A stretch of 64,000 nt of DNA from an uncultured candidate division Zixibacteria bacterium (GTDB lineage Bacteria; Zixibacteria; MSB-5A5; RBG-16-43-9), in contig OY970208.1 of assembly GCA_963713865.1 (NCBI GenBank), forward strand, positions 1,632,001-1,696,000, given 5' to 3'. Positions 30,065-43,719 of the stretch are shown piece by piece (positions within the stretch are counted from its first letter, which is position 1; every line of letters begins with the position of its first letter). Below the pieces are notes generated by a model. It saw only the letters and a list, made by a program, of their open reading frames with translations, did not search any database and had not been told where the DNA came from. The translations under genes were made by a program, and so were the position numbers.

Positions 30065-30712
30065 ATGAATTGGATTGATTATGTTTTAATCGCTTTACTT
30101 CTGGTAGCGATTTTCATCGGTTCAAAACGCGGGCTTTTCAGCGGGATTATGGGACTGATCGGTCTTTTCCTGGGAGTGATCGTGTCAGTTAACTACATTG
30201 ACACAGTAACTTTAAGGGTTTTATCTCATATGAAAGTCTCGCCAGTGGTGGTTTCCTTTTTTAGTTTAATCTTTCTTTTTGCGATAGTCTATTTTGCAGT
30301 TAAGATAATAGCCTTTTTATTCTACAAGGTGGCTTCTCTAAATCCCTTAGGAAAGATAGATAAGTTCGGAGGGGCGATTTTTGGCCTTTTCCAGGGCTGG
30401 ATTGTTTTAGGGTTCATTCTGATACTTCTGGTTTTTCCTCCTCTCCCTTTGAGTTTAACCAATAAAATCGACACTTCTTTTCTTGGACCTCTGGTACGAG
30501 GCTCTGTTCCTCTGATTTATCAAGAATCCTCTTTTCTCCATCCTCAGAACACCTCTTTTGTAGAAAAGCTGAAGATTGCCTTAAAACAGGAGTCACCAGA
30601 AGAGGCAAAAAGTCCCTGGGAAGCTTTGGGAAGAACCCCGCCTAAAAGGACTAATCGGGCAGAGATTATCGCTCAGGATCTGGATGAATATTTTGGAAAA
30701 GAAATTAAATAA
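30065..30712 (+). CDS. CvpA (colicin V production) family membrane protein
   Basis: MNWIDY..G.KRG..IDKFGGAIFG; typical position upstream of mutS2. Confidence 0.85.
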   Translation: MNWIDYVLIALLLVAIFIGSKRGLFSGIMGLIGLFLGVIVSVNYIDTVTLRVLSHMKVSPVVVSFFSLIFLFAIVYFAVKIIAFLFYKVASLNPLGKIDKFGGAIFGLFQGWIVLGFILILLVFPPLPLSLTNKIDTSFLGPLVRGSVPLIYQESSFLHPQNTSFVEKLKIALKQESPEEAKSPWEALGRTPPKRTNRAEIIAQDLDEYFGKEIK

Positions 30713-30967
30713 GTTGTGCAGGGGTGGAGATTGTTGAGCGAAGCGAAATCCCCCGCCAAAGGCGGGGATCTCCACCCAAATTTATTCGGGCGGAGTTAGA
30801 CTCCCTACAGGGAGTGAAGTCTCCGCAGGATCGTAAAGTTTTATCGACCGCCTTACGTGAGTCTTGACCCCACGTTGAGGGCAACGTGGGTTGCCAGTTT
30901 AGAGTTTAATCCGCCGGGAGTGGATTGAACCCTTGAACTCTTGAACCTTTGAACCCTTGATCTTTCT

Positions 30968-33328
30968 TTGGACGAACATACTCTTAAAGTAATAGAATTC
31001 GATAAGATAAAGAAGATCTTAGAATCGAGGTGCCTTTCAGAGCTAGGCAAGAAAAAGGTATTACATCTTTTTCCGGTTATGGAGAAGGAGCTTATCTCTA
31101 AATGGCAAAAAGATACAACTGAACTTAAGGAGATTTTACAGTTCGAGGAAAATTTTCCTTTATATTCGATCCCGGATCTATCAGATTCTTTAAGAAAAGC
31201 AGAGAGGATCGGGGGATATCTTGAGCCAAAGGAATTTCTGAGGCTTGAGGAGATGCTCAAGCTCTGTGGTTTGCTCCTCAAATTCATTCAGGGAAAAGAA
31301 AAGAAATATTCTCAGATAAGCTCTCTGGTCCTCAAGCTCAGAAGATTTGAAGATATCTCTAAAGCCATAAATAAAGCCATAGACCATTCAGGTGAGATCA
31401 AGGATAAAGCTTCCCAGACACTTTTTTCCATCAGGCAGGAAAAGAATACCAACCGCAATCGTATCTTAGATAAACTCCAAAATCTTCTGAAGCTGAAAAA
31501 AAAAGAGGCTCAAGAAGAGATTATCACTTTAAGAGAAGACAGGTATGTGGTCTCTATACCAACAGAAGAGTTTCAGAAAAGTAAAGGGATAGTGCATGAC
31601 CGTTCCAGTTCTGGCGCTACTCTTTTTGTGGAGCCTTTGCCAGTGGTTGAGCTGAATAATAGACAGAGAGAGTTGGAGGTAGAGGAAAAAAACGAGATAG
31701 AGAAAATCTTAAAGGGGATAACCTCACTGGTTAGAAAAGATCTGGATAATTTAAAGATATCTTTAGAGGTGATTGCCGAGCTTGATTTTATACATTCAAA
31801 GGCGCTTTTCTCCCTGGAATGTAAAGGGAATGAACCCCTATTTAACTCAGAAGGTTTCATATATCTTAATAATGCTCGTCATCCTCTGTTATATCTTTCA
31901 GGTTCAATTCCCAGAAAACAGGTTATGCCTCTTTCTTTAGAGCTGGGTAAAAAATTCACTGTTCTGGTTATAACCGGACCTAATACTGGAGGAAAAACTG
32001 TAGCATTGAAAACCGTGGGGATTTTAGTTCTTATGGCTCAATCCGGGCTTCATATTCCTGCAGAGTCTGGCTCTTCACTTCCAATTTTCAAACAGGTTTT
32101 CTCCGATATTGGAGATGAACAGTCCATAGAGATGTCCTTATCAACTTTTTCTTCACATATCGGTCAGATAATCAAAGCGCTAGAAAATGTTGATAAGGAT
32201 AGCCTGGTTCTCTTAGATGAATTAGGTGCTGGGACTGATCCTAAGGAAGGAGCGGCCTTAGGTGAGGCGATCATTGCAGATTTAGCCCAGAAAAAAGCTA
32301 AGACGATTATAACTACCCATCAGGGGGTTTTGAAAACCTTAGCCCAAATCTATCCAGAGGTTGAGAATGCCTCCTTAGAGTTTGACAAGGAAAGCCTAAA
32401 GCCTACTTATGAATTTCATATCGGCTATCCTGGAGGAAGTTACGGAATAGACATAGCCAGAAAATTAGGCCTGCCTGAAAATATCGTCAAGAAATCATAT
32501 GAACTTTTAGGTAGTCAGGAAAGGGATTTAGGTCTTTTGATAGAGGAACTTGAGAAAAATTTAAAGGTAGTAAGGGAGAACAGAAAAGCTCTTGAGGAGC
32601 AGAAAAAAGTTTCAGACGAGCTTTTAAGTCTTTATCAAGATAGAATTAATAAGTTAGAAGCAAACCAGAAAGAGTTGAAGAGGAAAGCTCTTAAGGAATC
32701 AAGGGAGTTAGTGGAGAAAACCAGAGTGGAGATAGAGCACCTGATCGCTGAGCTCAAGAAAACCCGGGCCCAAAGGAATAGTATAAAACAGGCTCATACT
32801 TTTTTGGAAGAGAAGAAAAAGGGTTTAGAAAAGGAATTAACAGGTTTTGAGGAGGAAATACCTAAAGTTGAAGGTAAAATAAAAGCCGGGGATTTAGTCT
32901 GGCTCGATTCCTTAAAGATTGAAGGAGAGGTCCTGGCTGAACCTGATAGATCAGGTAAGGTAAAACTGAAGATCGGGAACATCACTTATACTGTAGACCA
33001 AAGGGAATTGTCCAAAGTAGAAGGGGAGAAAAAAGAAAAACAGCTCTCTTCTGTTAGGTATGAATTGTATTCGATTGAGAATATCTCTCCGGAAATAGAT
33101 TTGAGAGGATTAACCGCAGATGAAGCCACAGAGAAAGTAGATAAATATCTGGATGATGCCTATTTAGCTGGGTTGTCTGAAGTGGTTTTAATTCACGGAA
33201 AGGGAACCGGAGCTCTGAGAAAGAAGATTGGTGAGTTTTTAACCGGCCATCATCGGGTTAAAGAGACCAGGATGGGGAGTTTAGAAGAAGGAGGAGCCGG
33301 GGTGACGATTGTTAAGTTGAAAGAGTAA
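30968..33328 (+). CDS. mutS2: MutS2 (MutS ATPase plus Smr domain)
   Basis: GPNTGGKT, DIGDEQSI..SLSTFSSH, LDELGAGTDP, IDLRG..IHGKGTG. Confidence 0.95.
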   Translation: MDEHTLKVIEFDKIKKILESRCLSELGKKKVLHLFPVMEKELISKWQKDTTELKEILQFEENFPLYSIPDLSDSLRKAERIGGYLEPKEFLRLEEMLKLCGLLLKFIQGKEKKYSQISSLVLKLRRFEDISKAINKAIDHSGEIKDKASQTLFSIRQEKNTNRNRILDKLQNLLKLKKKEAQEEIITLREDRYVVSIPTEEFQKSKGIVHDRSSSGATLFVEPLPVVELNNRQRELEVEEKNEIEKILKGITSLVRKDLDNLKISLEVIAELDFIHSKALFSLECKGNEPLFNSEGFIYLNNARHPLLYLSGSIPRKQVMPLSLELGKKFTVLVITGPNTGGKTVALKTVGILVLMAQSGLHIPAESGSSLPIFKQVFSDIGDEQSIEMSLSTFSSHIGQIIKALENVDKDSLVLLDELGAGTDPKEGAALGEAIIADLAQKKAKTIITTHQGVLKTLAQIYPEVENASLEFDKESLKPTYEFHIGYPGGSYGIDIARKLGLPENIVKKSYELLGSQERDLGLLIEELEKNLKVVRENRKALEEQKKVSDELLSLYQDRINKLEANQKELKRKALKESRELVEKTRVEIEHLIAELKKTRAQRNSIKQAHTFLEEKKKGLEKELTGFEEEIPKVEGKIKAGDLVWLDSLKIEGEVLAEPDRSGKVKLKIGNITYTVDQRELSKVEGEKKEKQLSSVRYELYSIENISPEIDLRGLTADEATEKVDKYLDDAYLAGLSEVVLIHGKGTGALRKKIGEFLTGHHRVKETRMGSLEEGGAGVTIVKLKE

Positions 33329-33499
33329 TTAAGTAGCTCAATGGTTCAAAAGTTCAAGGGGAAAAAAGAATAAGATGTGAGACGTAAGATGTAAGAAAGA
33401 ATATTGTAGCGTCGGGCTCTATACCCGACGGAAGTGGTTTTGGAGTGTAAACCTTCAGGTTTGCCCTACTTTTAGAACGCAAAACTATAGACAAAAGAA

Positions 33500-35248
33500 A
33501 TGGCTAATTTTATTCCGGATGAACTGATAAACCAGATCAGGGAAGCAAACGACATCGTTGAGGTTATCTCTGAATATCTACCTCTGAAGAAAAAAGGGAA
33601 AAGCTATATGGCTTTGTGCCCTTTTCATCCGGAGAAGACCCCTTCTTTTTCAGTTAGCCAGGAAAGACAGATCTACCATTGTTTTGGTTGTGGCAAAGGT
33701 GGAAATGTCTATACTTTTCTGATGGAGCATGAGAAATTAAGTTTCTATGAAGCTTTGAAGCTCTTAGCTAAAAAAGCAAATATCTCACTTCCCCAAAAAC
33801 CTGTTGACCGCGAGAAGGTAGAGACTCTGGATCAACTTTTTTATGCCAATCAGGTGGCTGGTGAATATTTTCAACTTTCCTTAACTCACAGCAAAAGAGC
33901 TAAGGATTATCTGCATAGTCGGGGATTTACGAAAGAGATCATTGAGCTTTTCTCTTTGGGTTATGCACCTCCTGACTGGGAAGGATTAATAAAATTCTCA
34001 AAAGAAAAAGGATTGAAAAATGAGACTCTATTGTCTGCTGGGTTGGTAATAGAGAGGGAGAAAAAAGAGGGATGTTATGATCGTTTCAGGAATCGAATTA
34101 CCTTCCCCATCTTCAATCTCAGTCAGAAGATTGTGGGTTTTGGTGGAAGAGTCGTTGAGAATGAAGATGAACCCAAATATCTTAACTCGCCTGAATCTCT
34201 TATCTATCATAAGGGAAAAATCTTATACGGGCTGAATCTTTCTAAGGAGGTTATTCGGGAAAAAAGTGCCGCAGTGTTGGTAGAGGGGTATATCGACTTA
34301 ATCAGCCTTTATCAAGCCGGGATAAAAAACGTTGTTGCCGCATTAGGAACTTCCTTTACACAGGACCAGGCTCGTCTTATCTCCCGCTATGCTGAGAAGA
34401 CATATCTCTTATTCGATTCAGACCGGGCGGGTGAATCGGCGGTGTTTAGAAGCGTAGATCTTCTGTTTGACGCCGGAGTGGAGGTGATGATAGTGGTTTT
34501 TCCATCAGGTGAGGATCCAGATAGCTTTGTAAGAAAATCCGGGTTAAAAGGTATAGCTCAGAAATTTAGAGAAGCTAAAGGTTTTATCGAGTATAAAAAG
34601 GATACTCTGCCAGTTGAATTCAATTTACTCCCGATAAAAGAGCAGGAGAAGATAATCCGGGAATTAGCTGATACTGCCAGCCGGATAAAGAACCAGTTAT
34701 GGGAAGACCTTTTCATAAATAAGGTTGCCAAGGTTTTCAGGATAAATGAAAAGATCGTCCTGGATGGGATTAAAGGATTAAACCTCAGAGAAACAGGTCA
34801 AAAACTTAAACCAGAGGAAAAGTTAACCGGAGTCCATAAATTAGAAAGAGAACTTTTAAAGCTTCTAATTGAAGAAAGCAGTTTGATTGGTCAGGTTAAA
34901 ACCAGGATAAGCCAGGAAGATTTCTATTTTACGGAAGATAGTGAACTTTACGAGATGATCTTAAGTCTTTTTGAAGCTCAGGGAAAGTTTACACCAGCAG
35001 CACTGATAGATAAGACGAAAAATCAAAAAGTTAAAGAGCTGATATCCCAGATAGCTGCTTTAGACCTGGGTATGGCTGAGCCGCAGCTTTTATTAGAAGA
35101 TTATATCAAGAGAATTGAGCTGAGTAAAAAAACTAACCAGATAAAAAGATTGAAAGAAGAGATAAAAAATGCCTGGAATAAAGGGGATAAGAAAAAGGCT
35201 GAAGAACTGACAGTTGAACTTCATAAGCTGATGAAGTATAATCGTTAA
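33500..35248 (+). CDS. dnaG: DNA primase
   Basis: CPFH..KTPSF..CFGC zinc finger, KYLNSPE, VEGYID, DSDRAG, DPD. Confidence 0.96.
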   Translation: MANFIPDELINQIREANDIVEVISEYLPLKKKGKSYMALCPFHPEKTPSFSVSQERQIYHCFGCGKGGNVYTFLMEHEKLSFYEALKLLAKKANISLPQKPVDREKVETLDQLFYANQVAGEYFQLSLTHSKRAKDYLHSRGFTKEIIELFSLGYAPPDWEGLIKFSKEKGLKNETLLSAGLVIEREKKEGCYDRFRNRITFPIFNLSQKIVGFGGRVVENEDEPKYLNSPESLIYHKGKILYGLNLSKEVIREKSAAVLVEGYIDLISLYQAGIKNVVAALGTSFTQDQARLISRYAEKTYLLFDSDRAGESAVFRSVDLLFDAGVEVMIVVFPSGEDPDSFVRKSGLKGIAQKFREAKGFIEYKKDTLPVEFNLLPIKEQEKIIRELADTASRIKNQLWEDLFINKVAKVFRINEKIVLDGIKGLNLRETGQKLKPEEKLTGVHKLERELLKLLIEESSLIGQVKTRISQEDFYFTEDSELYEMILSLFEAQGKFTPAALIDKTKNQKVKELISQIAALDLGMAEPQLLLEDYIKRIELSKKTNQIKRLKEEIKNAWNKGDKKKAEELTVELHKLMKYNR

Positions 35249-35431
35249 GATCGCTCAGATTAACCTCAAGAAATAAGGATAGTAAGATTAAAAAGAACTT
35301 TTCATGAAAACGTATGGCTAATTAAGAGATGAATCCTGTTGTAGTTAAAAGAGAAAAAAGCTTGAAAGGTTAAGTAAAAAAATCTTGACTAATGAGATTT
35401 AAAAATCATATATTTCGTAAGTAGATTATTA

Positions 35432-35505
35432 GGGCCCATAGCTCAGTTGGTTAGAGCAACTGACTCATAATCAGTGGGTCCCAGGTTCAAGTCCTGGTGG
35501 GCCCA
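35432..35505 (+). tRNA. tRNA with CAT anticodon, probably tRNA-Ile2 (lysidine-modified); CCA not encoded
   Basis: GGGCCCA/TGGGCCC acceptor, ACTGA-CTCATAA-TCAGT anticodon arm, TTCAAGT T loop; Ile2 versus Met inferred from the acceptor stem. Confidence 0.85.
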
Positions 35506-35570
35506 AAAATGAGTGATTAAGTGACTGAGTGATAAAGTGATTAGTTAATCACTTCTTCACTAAAATATTT

Positions 35571-35647
35571 GGGCGATTAGCTCAGTTGGTTAGAGCGTTC
35601 GGTTCACATCCGAAAGGTCATCCGTTCAAGTCGGATATTGCCCACCA
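35571..35647 (+). tRNA. tRNA-Val (CAC)
   Basis: TTCGG-TTCACAT-CCGAA anticodon arm, standard D and T loops, ACCA end. Confidence 0.92.
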
Positions 35648-35822
35648 GAATATAGTTTGTGGTTGTTAGTTTATAGTTCATAGACAAGGGAGAATGGATG
35701 TCAGGTTTTCATGGAAAAGAAACTACTTTTTTACTCAAGAGTTATGCACGGTTTAATAAACAAAGAAGTGTACGTTGGAAAGTGCACTTCTTTGTTTTAA
35801 GTAAAATAATTTAAGGAGATCT

Positions 35823-38004
<2,182 letters not shown>

Positions 38005-38154
38005 CAATTTTTCTTAAACCTTTATATTGAATATAAGAATAGAGCTCAGAGGTCTCAAATAAGAGTTTAAAGATTCAGTAAATGAATGATAATCTCTGGG
38101 ACTTTAAACAGATATAATGTTATGATTGAAATAATGAAAAGAACTCAGCTCTTT

Positions 38155-38536
38155 GACCAAAACAGATCAGATGATCGCCCCACCTATGGCGGGGAGGAAA
38201 GTCCGAGCTCTCAAAGGCAGAATGCCTCGTAATTCGAGGGTCCCCTACGGGGGAACGGAAAGTGTCACAGAAACTATACCGCCCCCGCAGCAATGCGGGA
38301 GCAAGGGTGAAATGGTGGTGTAAGAGACTACCGTCTTGATAGTGATATCAGGAGCAGGACAAACCCCACTCGAGAGCAAGACCAAATATGGAAGGAGAAG
38401 TCGCCTGCTTCTTTTTACTTCCGGGTAGGTTGCTTGAGGCTGGAGGTAACCCCGGTCCCAGATAGATGATCGTCATACCTTGTATAGAGATAATCTTTCA
38501 GGGTAAACAGAACTCGGCTTATGGTCTGTTTTGGTT
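38155..38536 (+). ncRNA. rnpB: RNase P RNA (type A)
   Basis: GAGGAAAGTCC, AGTGTCACAGAAA, GGGTGAAA..GTAAGAG, GAGCAAGACCAAAT, TAGATGA, AACAGAACTCGGCTTA; P1 ACCAAAACAGA/TCTGTTTTGGT. Confidence 0.95.
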
Positions 38537-38703
38537 TAATTTTAAACATGTAGAGGAGGTCTTTAGACCTCCATATTAAAGATAATGAGAACAAAAGCAA
38601 GGAAGGCAAAAACCTTCTGCAATAATGATTGAAAGGATTTAAAAAAAGTGGTACTGCTTATTGGTGAACAGATCTCCTTAAGGGTGAAAAGGATCGGCTG
38701 ATT

Positions 38704-40407
38704 ATGGAAATAAAATGGGAGTTTCCAAAATATTTAGATCTGAATAAGTGTAAGGAACTATCAGCTGGATTAGAATTGCCTTTAGTAGTAGGGAAGATCC
38801 TACTTAACCGGGGAATCTCGCAAGTTGAGGAAGCCAAGACTTTTTTAAGCCCTAATCTAAAAGATCTTTATGATCCATTCAGTCTTAAGGATATGGAAAA
38901 GGGAGTTGATAAAGTGATCCAGGCGCTGAAAGAGAATGAAAAGATGATGATCTTCGGAGACTATGATGTGGATGGGATAACCTCAGCTTCTTTAATGTAT
39001 CTGGTTCTGAATAAATTAGGAGCTCAGATCTCATATTATCTACCTAACAGATTAGTGGAGGGTTATGGGCTATCAGAGGAAGGGATATTAGAGGCGGAGA
39101 GAAGAGGAGCAAAACTTATCATATCAGTTGATTGCGGATTACTGCAAGTAATGAAATCGATTTTGCCAGAAAGAAAGGGATAGAGTGTATAATCACTGAT
39201 CATCATGAACCAGCTGAAACCATACCGAAAGCTTGGGCAATTATTAATCCAAAGCAAGATGGAGAGGAATATAAAGGCAAGGAGCTTTCCGGAGTAGGAG
39301 TGGCTTTTAAATTTGCTCAGGCGATCTACAGGAAATTGGGACAGGATGAAAAAGAACTGGAGGAACATCTTGACTTGGTAGCTCTGGGAACTGCGGCGGA
39401 TATTGTTCCTTTAATAGGTGAGAACAGGATCCTGACCAGATTCGGATTATTTCAGGTTGCTAAAACCTCAAAACCAGGTCTTAAATCTTTAATATTTATA
39501 TCTGGTCTAATGGGAAAAGAGATCGGGACAGGTCAGGTGGTATTCGTCTTGGCACCCAGGATAAATGCAGTGGGAAGGTTAGGGGATGCAGAAAGAGCAA
39601 TTAAGCTTTTGACTACCAAGGATGAGAGATTAGCTTCGGAAATTGCCAGGGTCTTGGATAATGAGAACCGGAAGAGAAAAAATATCGATGAGGAAACCTT
39701 AGAGCAGGCTCTGGAGCTGGTCGAAGAGGGGGTAGATCTGAAGAAAGATAAGGCGATTGTTTTAGCTTCTACCGGATGGCATCAGGGAGTTATTGGGATC
39801 GTTGCCTCAAGGATTGCTGAAAGATTCTACAGACCCACCATAATGATCTCCATAGATGGCGATGAGGGTAGAGGGTTCTGCCAGGAGTATCCCGGGATTC
39901 CATTTGTTTGAGGCCCTGAAGGAATGTGAGATTCTTCTTTTAAAATATGGCGGTCATAAATATGCGGCAGGCCTTTCTATTTCTTCTAAAGAAATCGAAA
40001 CTTTTAAAGAGAGATTTAAACAGATCTCTGCCAGTAAACTTAAAGATGATGATTTGATTCCCAAGCTGTGCGTGGATGCCGAGATCGAGCTGGAGGAAAT
40101 AAATGATGAGCTGTTATCTGCCTTAGAACTTTTTGCCCCTTTTGGGCCTGGTAATCTCAAACCAGTTTTTGCTACCAGAGAGCTTGAGGTAACTGAAGAG
40201 CCTTATATAGTTGGTAAAAATCATCTGCGCTTGAAGGTAAGGAAAAACGGAATGGTTATGGATGCCATAGGTTTTAATCTGGGAGATTTTGCCAAACCTT
40301 TAGCGATGAGAGGGACTATGGTAGATTTAGCTTACGTGGTGGAGGTAAATATCTGGAATGGAAATACTAAAATCCAGATGCGGCTTAAAGATTTAAGGAT
40401 AAAATAA
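38704..40407 (+). CDS. recJ: Single-stranded DNA exonuclease RecJ, split by two frameshifts (near 39136 and 39877)
   Basis: GDYDVDG, EGYG, VDCG, TDHH, APRINAVGR, GSARS, GGH and APFGPGN spread over three ORFs. Confidence 0.88.
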
Positions 40408-40413
40408 AAATTT

Positions 40414-41357
40414 ATGTCTTTGTTAGAAAGGTTTTATCAAAAAGATGAACTGGCACTCTCCAGGCTTATTTCCTACGTTGAAAATCAGGCTCCGGATTAT
40501 TACAAGGTCTTATCTTCAATATATTCCGAACTGGAAAAGCCTATCGGATGGGGATAACCGGTCCACCAGGTGCAGGGAAAAGCACAATTGTTGATAAGCT
40601 AAGCAATTATTTAGCTCAAAATGGAGATCAAGTTGGGATAATCGCAGTTGACCCCTCCAGCCCATTTACCGGTGGTGCGCTATTAGGTGACCGGATCAGG
40701 ATGCAGGATTTGACCACCAAGAAAGGGATTTTTATCAGAAGCATGGCAACCCGGGGTTCTTTAGGTGGACTTGCCTTTACCACCAAAGAAGTAGCTTTAC
40801 TTTTAGATGCTTTTGGGAAAAATTATATTTTAATTGAGACTGTAGGGGTGGGGCAAGTGGAGTTAGATATAGCTGATACCTGTGATACTACCCTGGTGGT
40901 TTTGGTCCCGGAATCAGGGGATAGTATTCAAGGAATGAAAGCCGGCTTGATGGAGATTGCAGATATCTTAGTGGTAAATAAAGCTGATCGGGAAGGGGCG
41001 AAGAGGATTGTCTCGGAGTTAGATATGATCTTAGATGTACGCAGGAAGAAGGGTGAGTGGTGCTATCCAATTGTTTCTACCGAGGCGATTAATAATAAAG
41101 GGATAGATGAATTATTAAAACGAATTTTAGAACATAGAAAATATATAACTGAAAAAGGTCTTTTAGAGAAACATCGCAAAGAGCAGATTAAATCAGAGCT
41201 GAAAAAGATAGTTGAGGTAAGGATTAAAGAATTGATCGAAAAATACCTAGGTGATACTAATATAGAAAAGATAGCGGAAAAGGTCTATTCTGGCCAGGAA
41301 GACCCTTATTCAGCCGGGGAGAGGATTTTAGAGAAGTTAAACTTGAAGCTAGAATAA
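40414..41357 (+). CDS. meaB: MeaB/ArgK GTPase chaperone for B12 mutases, frameshift near 40527
   Basis: ATG 40414 MSLLERF..ALSRLISYVEN, then GITGPPGAGKST, DPSSPFTGGALLGDRIRM, ETVGVGQ, NKAD. Confidence 0.9.
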
Positions 41358-41371
41358 AAGGCAGGAGTCTT

Positions 41372-43039
41372 ATGTTTAATAAAGACGAACTTAAAAAAAT
41401 AGAAGAAGAGAAAAGAATTTGGGAAGAGCTATATAAAAGCTGTAAGGCTTCCAATAAGAAATTTATCACTGTTTCCGGGGAAGAAGTTAAGCCTCTTTAT
41501 ACTCCACTGGATATAAAAGAGATTGATTTCGAGAAAGACATCTCTTATCCAGGAGAATATCCTTATACCCGCGGGATCAGGACGAATATGTATCGGGGAA
41601 GAATGTGGACGATGCGCCAGTTCTCCGGAATGGGGACACCGAAACAGACTAACCAGAGGTATCATTTCCTGTTAGAGAAAGGGCAAACCGGGCTTTCAGT
41701 CGCTTTTGACCTGCCCACGCTAATGGGCTATGATTCAGACCACTCTCGCTCCTTAGGAGAAGTTGGAGTTTGCGGAGTAGCAGTAGATTCTTTAAGAGAT
41801 ATGGAGATAATCTTCGATGGGATCAGCCTGGATAAGATCTCGACTTCTATGACCATCAATGCTCCAGCTTCTGTTCTTTTTGCTATGTATATAGCGGTTG
41901 GGGAAAAGCAAGGGATACCTTCTGAAAAATTAACCGGGACCATTCAGAATGATATCTTGAAGGAATATATTGCCCAGAAGGAATGGGTTTTCCCGCCAAA
42001 ACCGCATATGCGTTTGATTACAGATACTTTAGCTTTTGCCTCTCAATATGTTCCCAAATGGAATACGATATCTATTTCCGGCTATCACATAAGGGAAGCA
42101 GGTTCTACTGCCGTGCAGGAACTAGCATTTACCCTGGCAGATGGGTTTGCCTATGTGGAGGCAGGGATTAAGACAGGCTTGGATGTGGACCAGTTTGCTC
42201 CGCGTCTTTCTTTTTTCTTTAATTCGCACCTGGATTTCTTTGAGGAAATTTCCAAATACCGTGCCGCTCGAAGGATCTGGGCAAGACATATGAAAGAAAG
42301 ATATAAAGCTAAAAAAGAAGAATCCTGGCTCTTGAGGTTCCATACTCAAACCGCAGGATGCAGTCTAACTGCTCAACAGCCGGAGAATAATATTACTCGT
42401 ACAGCTTTTGAAGCTTTAGCTGCGGTTTTAGGAGGAACTCAGAGTCTGCATACTAACTCGATGGATGAAACCTTTGCTCTACCATCAGAAAAGGCGGTTC
42501 AGATTGCTCTGAGAACTCAGCAGGTAATTGCTTATGAAACTGGTGTGGTTAATACCATTGATCCTTTAGCTGGCTCCTATTATGTTGAAGCTTTGACCAA
42601 TAAGATGGAGGAGGAAGCAGAGAAATATTTTGCTGAGATAGAGAGGAGAGGTGGTGTTTTAAAATGTATAGAGGAAGGATATTTTCAGAGAGAGATAGCT
42701 GAAGCAGCTTACCGTTATCAGAAAGAGATTGAAAGTAAGGACCGGATCGTGGTTGGGATTAACGATTTTGTAATTCCGGATGAACAGGTTGAAATCCCGA
42801 TTTTAAAATTAGATCCGGAGATTGAAAAGGAGCAGGTTCAGGCGGTTAAAAAGATTAGAACAGAAAGGGATAATGATAAGGTTAAAATGAACCTGGAGAA
42901 TTTGAAAAAAGTAATTCAAGGAACGGATAATACCATGCCCGCCATCTTAGAATGCGTGAGATGCTATACGACCGAAGGTGAGATTGTGGATGTGATGAGG
43001 GAGGTTTTTGGAGAGTATATAGAACCACCGTTGATATAA
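41372..43039 (+). CDS. B12-dependent acyl-CoA mutase large subunit, isobutyryl-CoA mutase type
   Basis: WTMRQF and ILKEYIAQ specificity positions; [26 protein letters not shown]. Confidence 0.85.
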   Translation: MFNKDELKKIEEEKRIWEELYKSCKASNKKFITVSGEEVKPLYTPLDIKEIDFEKDISYPGEYPYTRGIRTNMYRGRMWTMRQFSGMGTPKQTNQRYHFLLEKGQTGLSVAFDLPTLMGYDSDHSRSLGEVGVCGVAVDSLRDMEIIFDGISLDKISTSMTINAPASVLFAMYIAVGEKQGIPSEKLTGTIQNDILKEYIAQKEWVFPPKPHMRLITDTLAFASQYVPKWNTISISGYHIREAGSTAVQELAFTLADGFAYVEAGIKTGLDVDQFAPRLSFFFNSHLDFFEEISKYRAARRIWARHMKERYKAKKEESWLLRFHTQTAGCSLTAQQPENNITRTAFEALAAVLGGTQSLHTNSMDETFALPSEKAVQIALRTQQVIAYETGVVNTIDPLAGSYYVEALTNKMEEEAEKYFAEIERRGGVLKCIEEGYFQREIAEAAYRYQKEIESKDRIVVGINDFVIPDEQVEIPILKLDPEIEKEQVQAVKKIRTERDNDKVKMNLENLKKVIQGTDNTMPAILECVRCYTTEGEIVDVMREVFGEYIEPPLI

Positions 43040-43135
43040 AAAAGATGACGAATGACTAATGAAGAATGAAAACTCGTAAGCGGAGTACCTTGCTCCGCCA
43101 TAGATGAATTGGAGGATTAAAGAGAAAGGTAATTT

Positions 43136-43555
43136 ATGCGAAGAAAATATCGAATCCTTTTAGCCAAACCCGGTCTGGATGGGCATGACCGGGGAATCAA
43201 GGTTGTAGCGGCTGCCCTCAGAGATGCGGGATTTGAAGTTATCTATACCGGTTTAAGACAGACTCCGGAAATGATTGTGGGAGCAGCAATCCAGGAAGAT
43301 GTAGATGCCATCGGGATGAGCATTTTATCCGGTGCGCATCTGACCCTTTTTCCTGCAGTTCTGGATTTATTGAAGAAAAGAAGAGGTGAGCATATCCTTC
43401 TTTTCGGGGGAGGGATTATCCCGGATGAGGATATTACAAGGCTAGAGAAATCAGGTGTAGGAAAGCTTTTTACCCCAGGGGCTACAACCGTAGAGATTAT
43501 TGAATATCTCAAGTCAATATTAAGCTCAGGAAGGAAAGAAGAGGCGATTTTCTAA
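43136..43555 (+). CDS. Cobalamin-binding small subunit of acyl-CoA mutase
   Basis: [23 protein letters not shown]. Confidence 0.93.
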   Translation: MRRKYRILLAKPGLDGHDRGIKVVAAALRDAGFEVIYTGLRQTPEMIVGAAIQEDVDAIGMSILSGAHLTLFPAVLDLLKKRRGEHILLFGGGIIPDEDITRLEKSGVGKLFTPGATTVEIIEYLKSILSSGRKEEAIF

Positions 43556-43719
43556 GAAAAGACGTGACCGGGACTCGTTCCTCGTGATCGTGAAAATAAA
43601 TTATAACTGACGAATATCGAATGACATATAAAAAAAATAACCGTAGAGCCACGTTGCCCGAAACGTGGATTTAAATAAGAAAAGCTATAAAATAATAACA
43701 TTCAAATACAGGAGGTAGG

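Noticed and set aside
38415-38609. Short or antisense ORFs in the track, such as 38415-38609, 8340-8588, 8494-8679, 47700-48146, 55662-55880 and 56812-57103
   Set aside because: They overlap RNA genes, repeats or well-supported genes and show no protein motifs
38704-41357. recJ and meaB (also fetA, xrtH, buk) as true pseudogenes
   Set aside because: Single-base indels at shared motifs with otherwise intact catalytic motifs point to sequencing error
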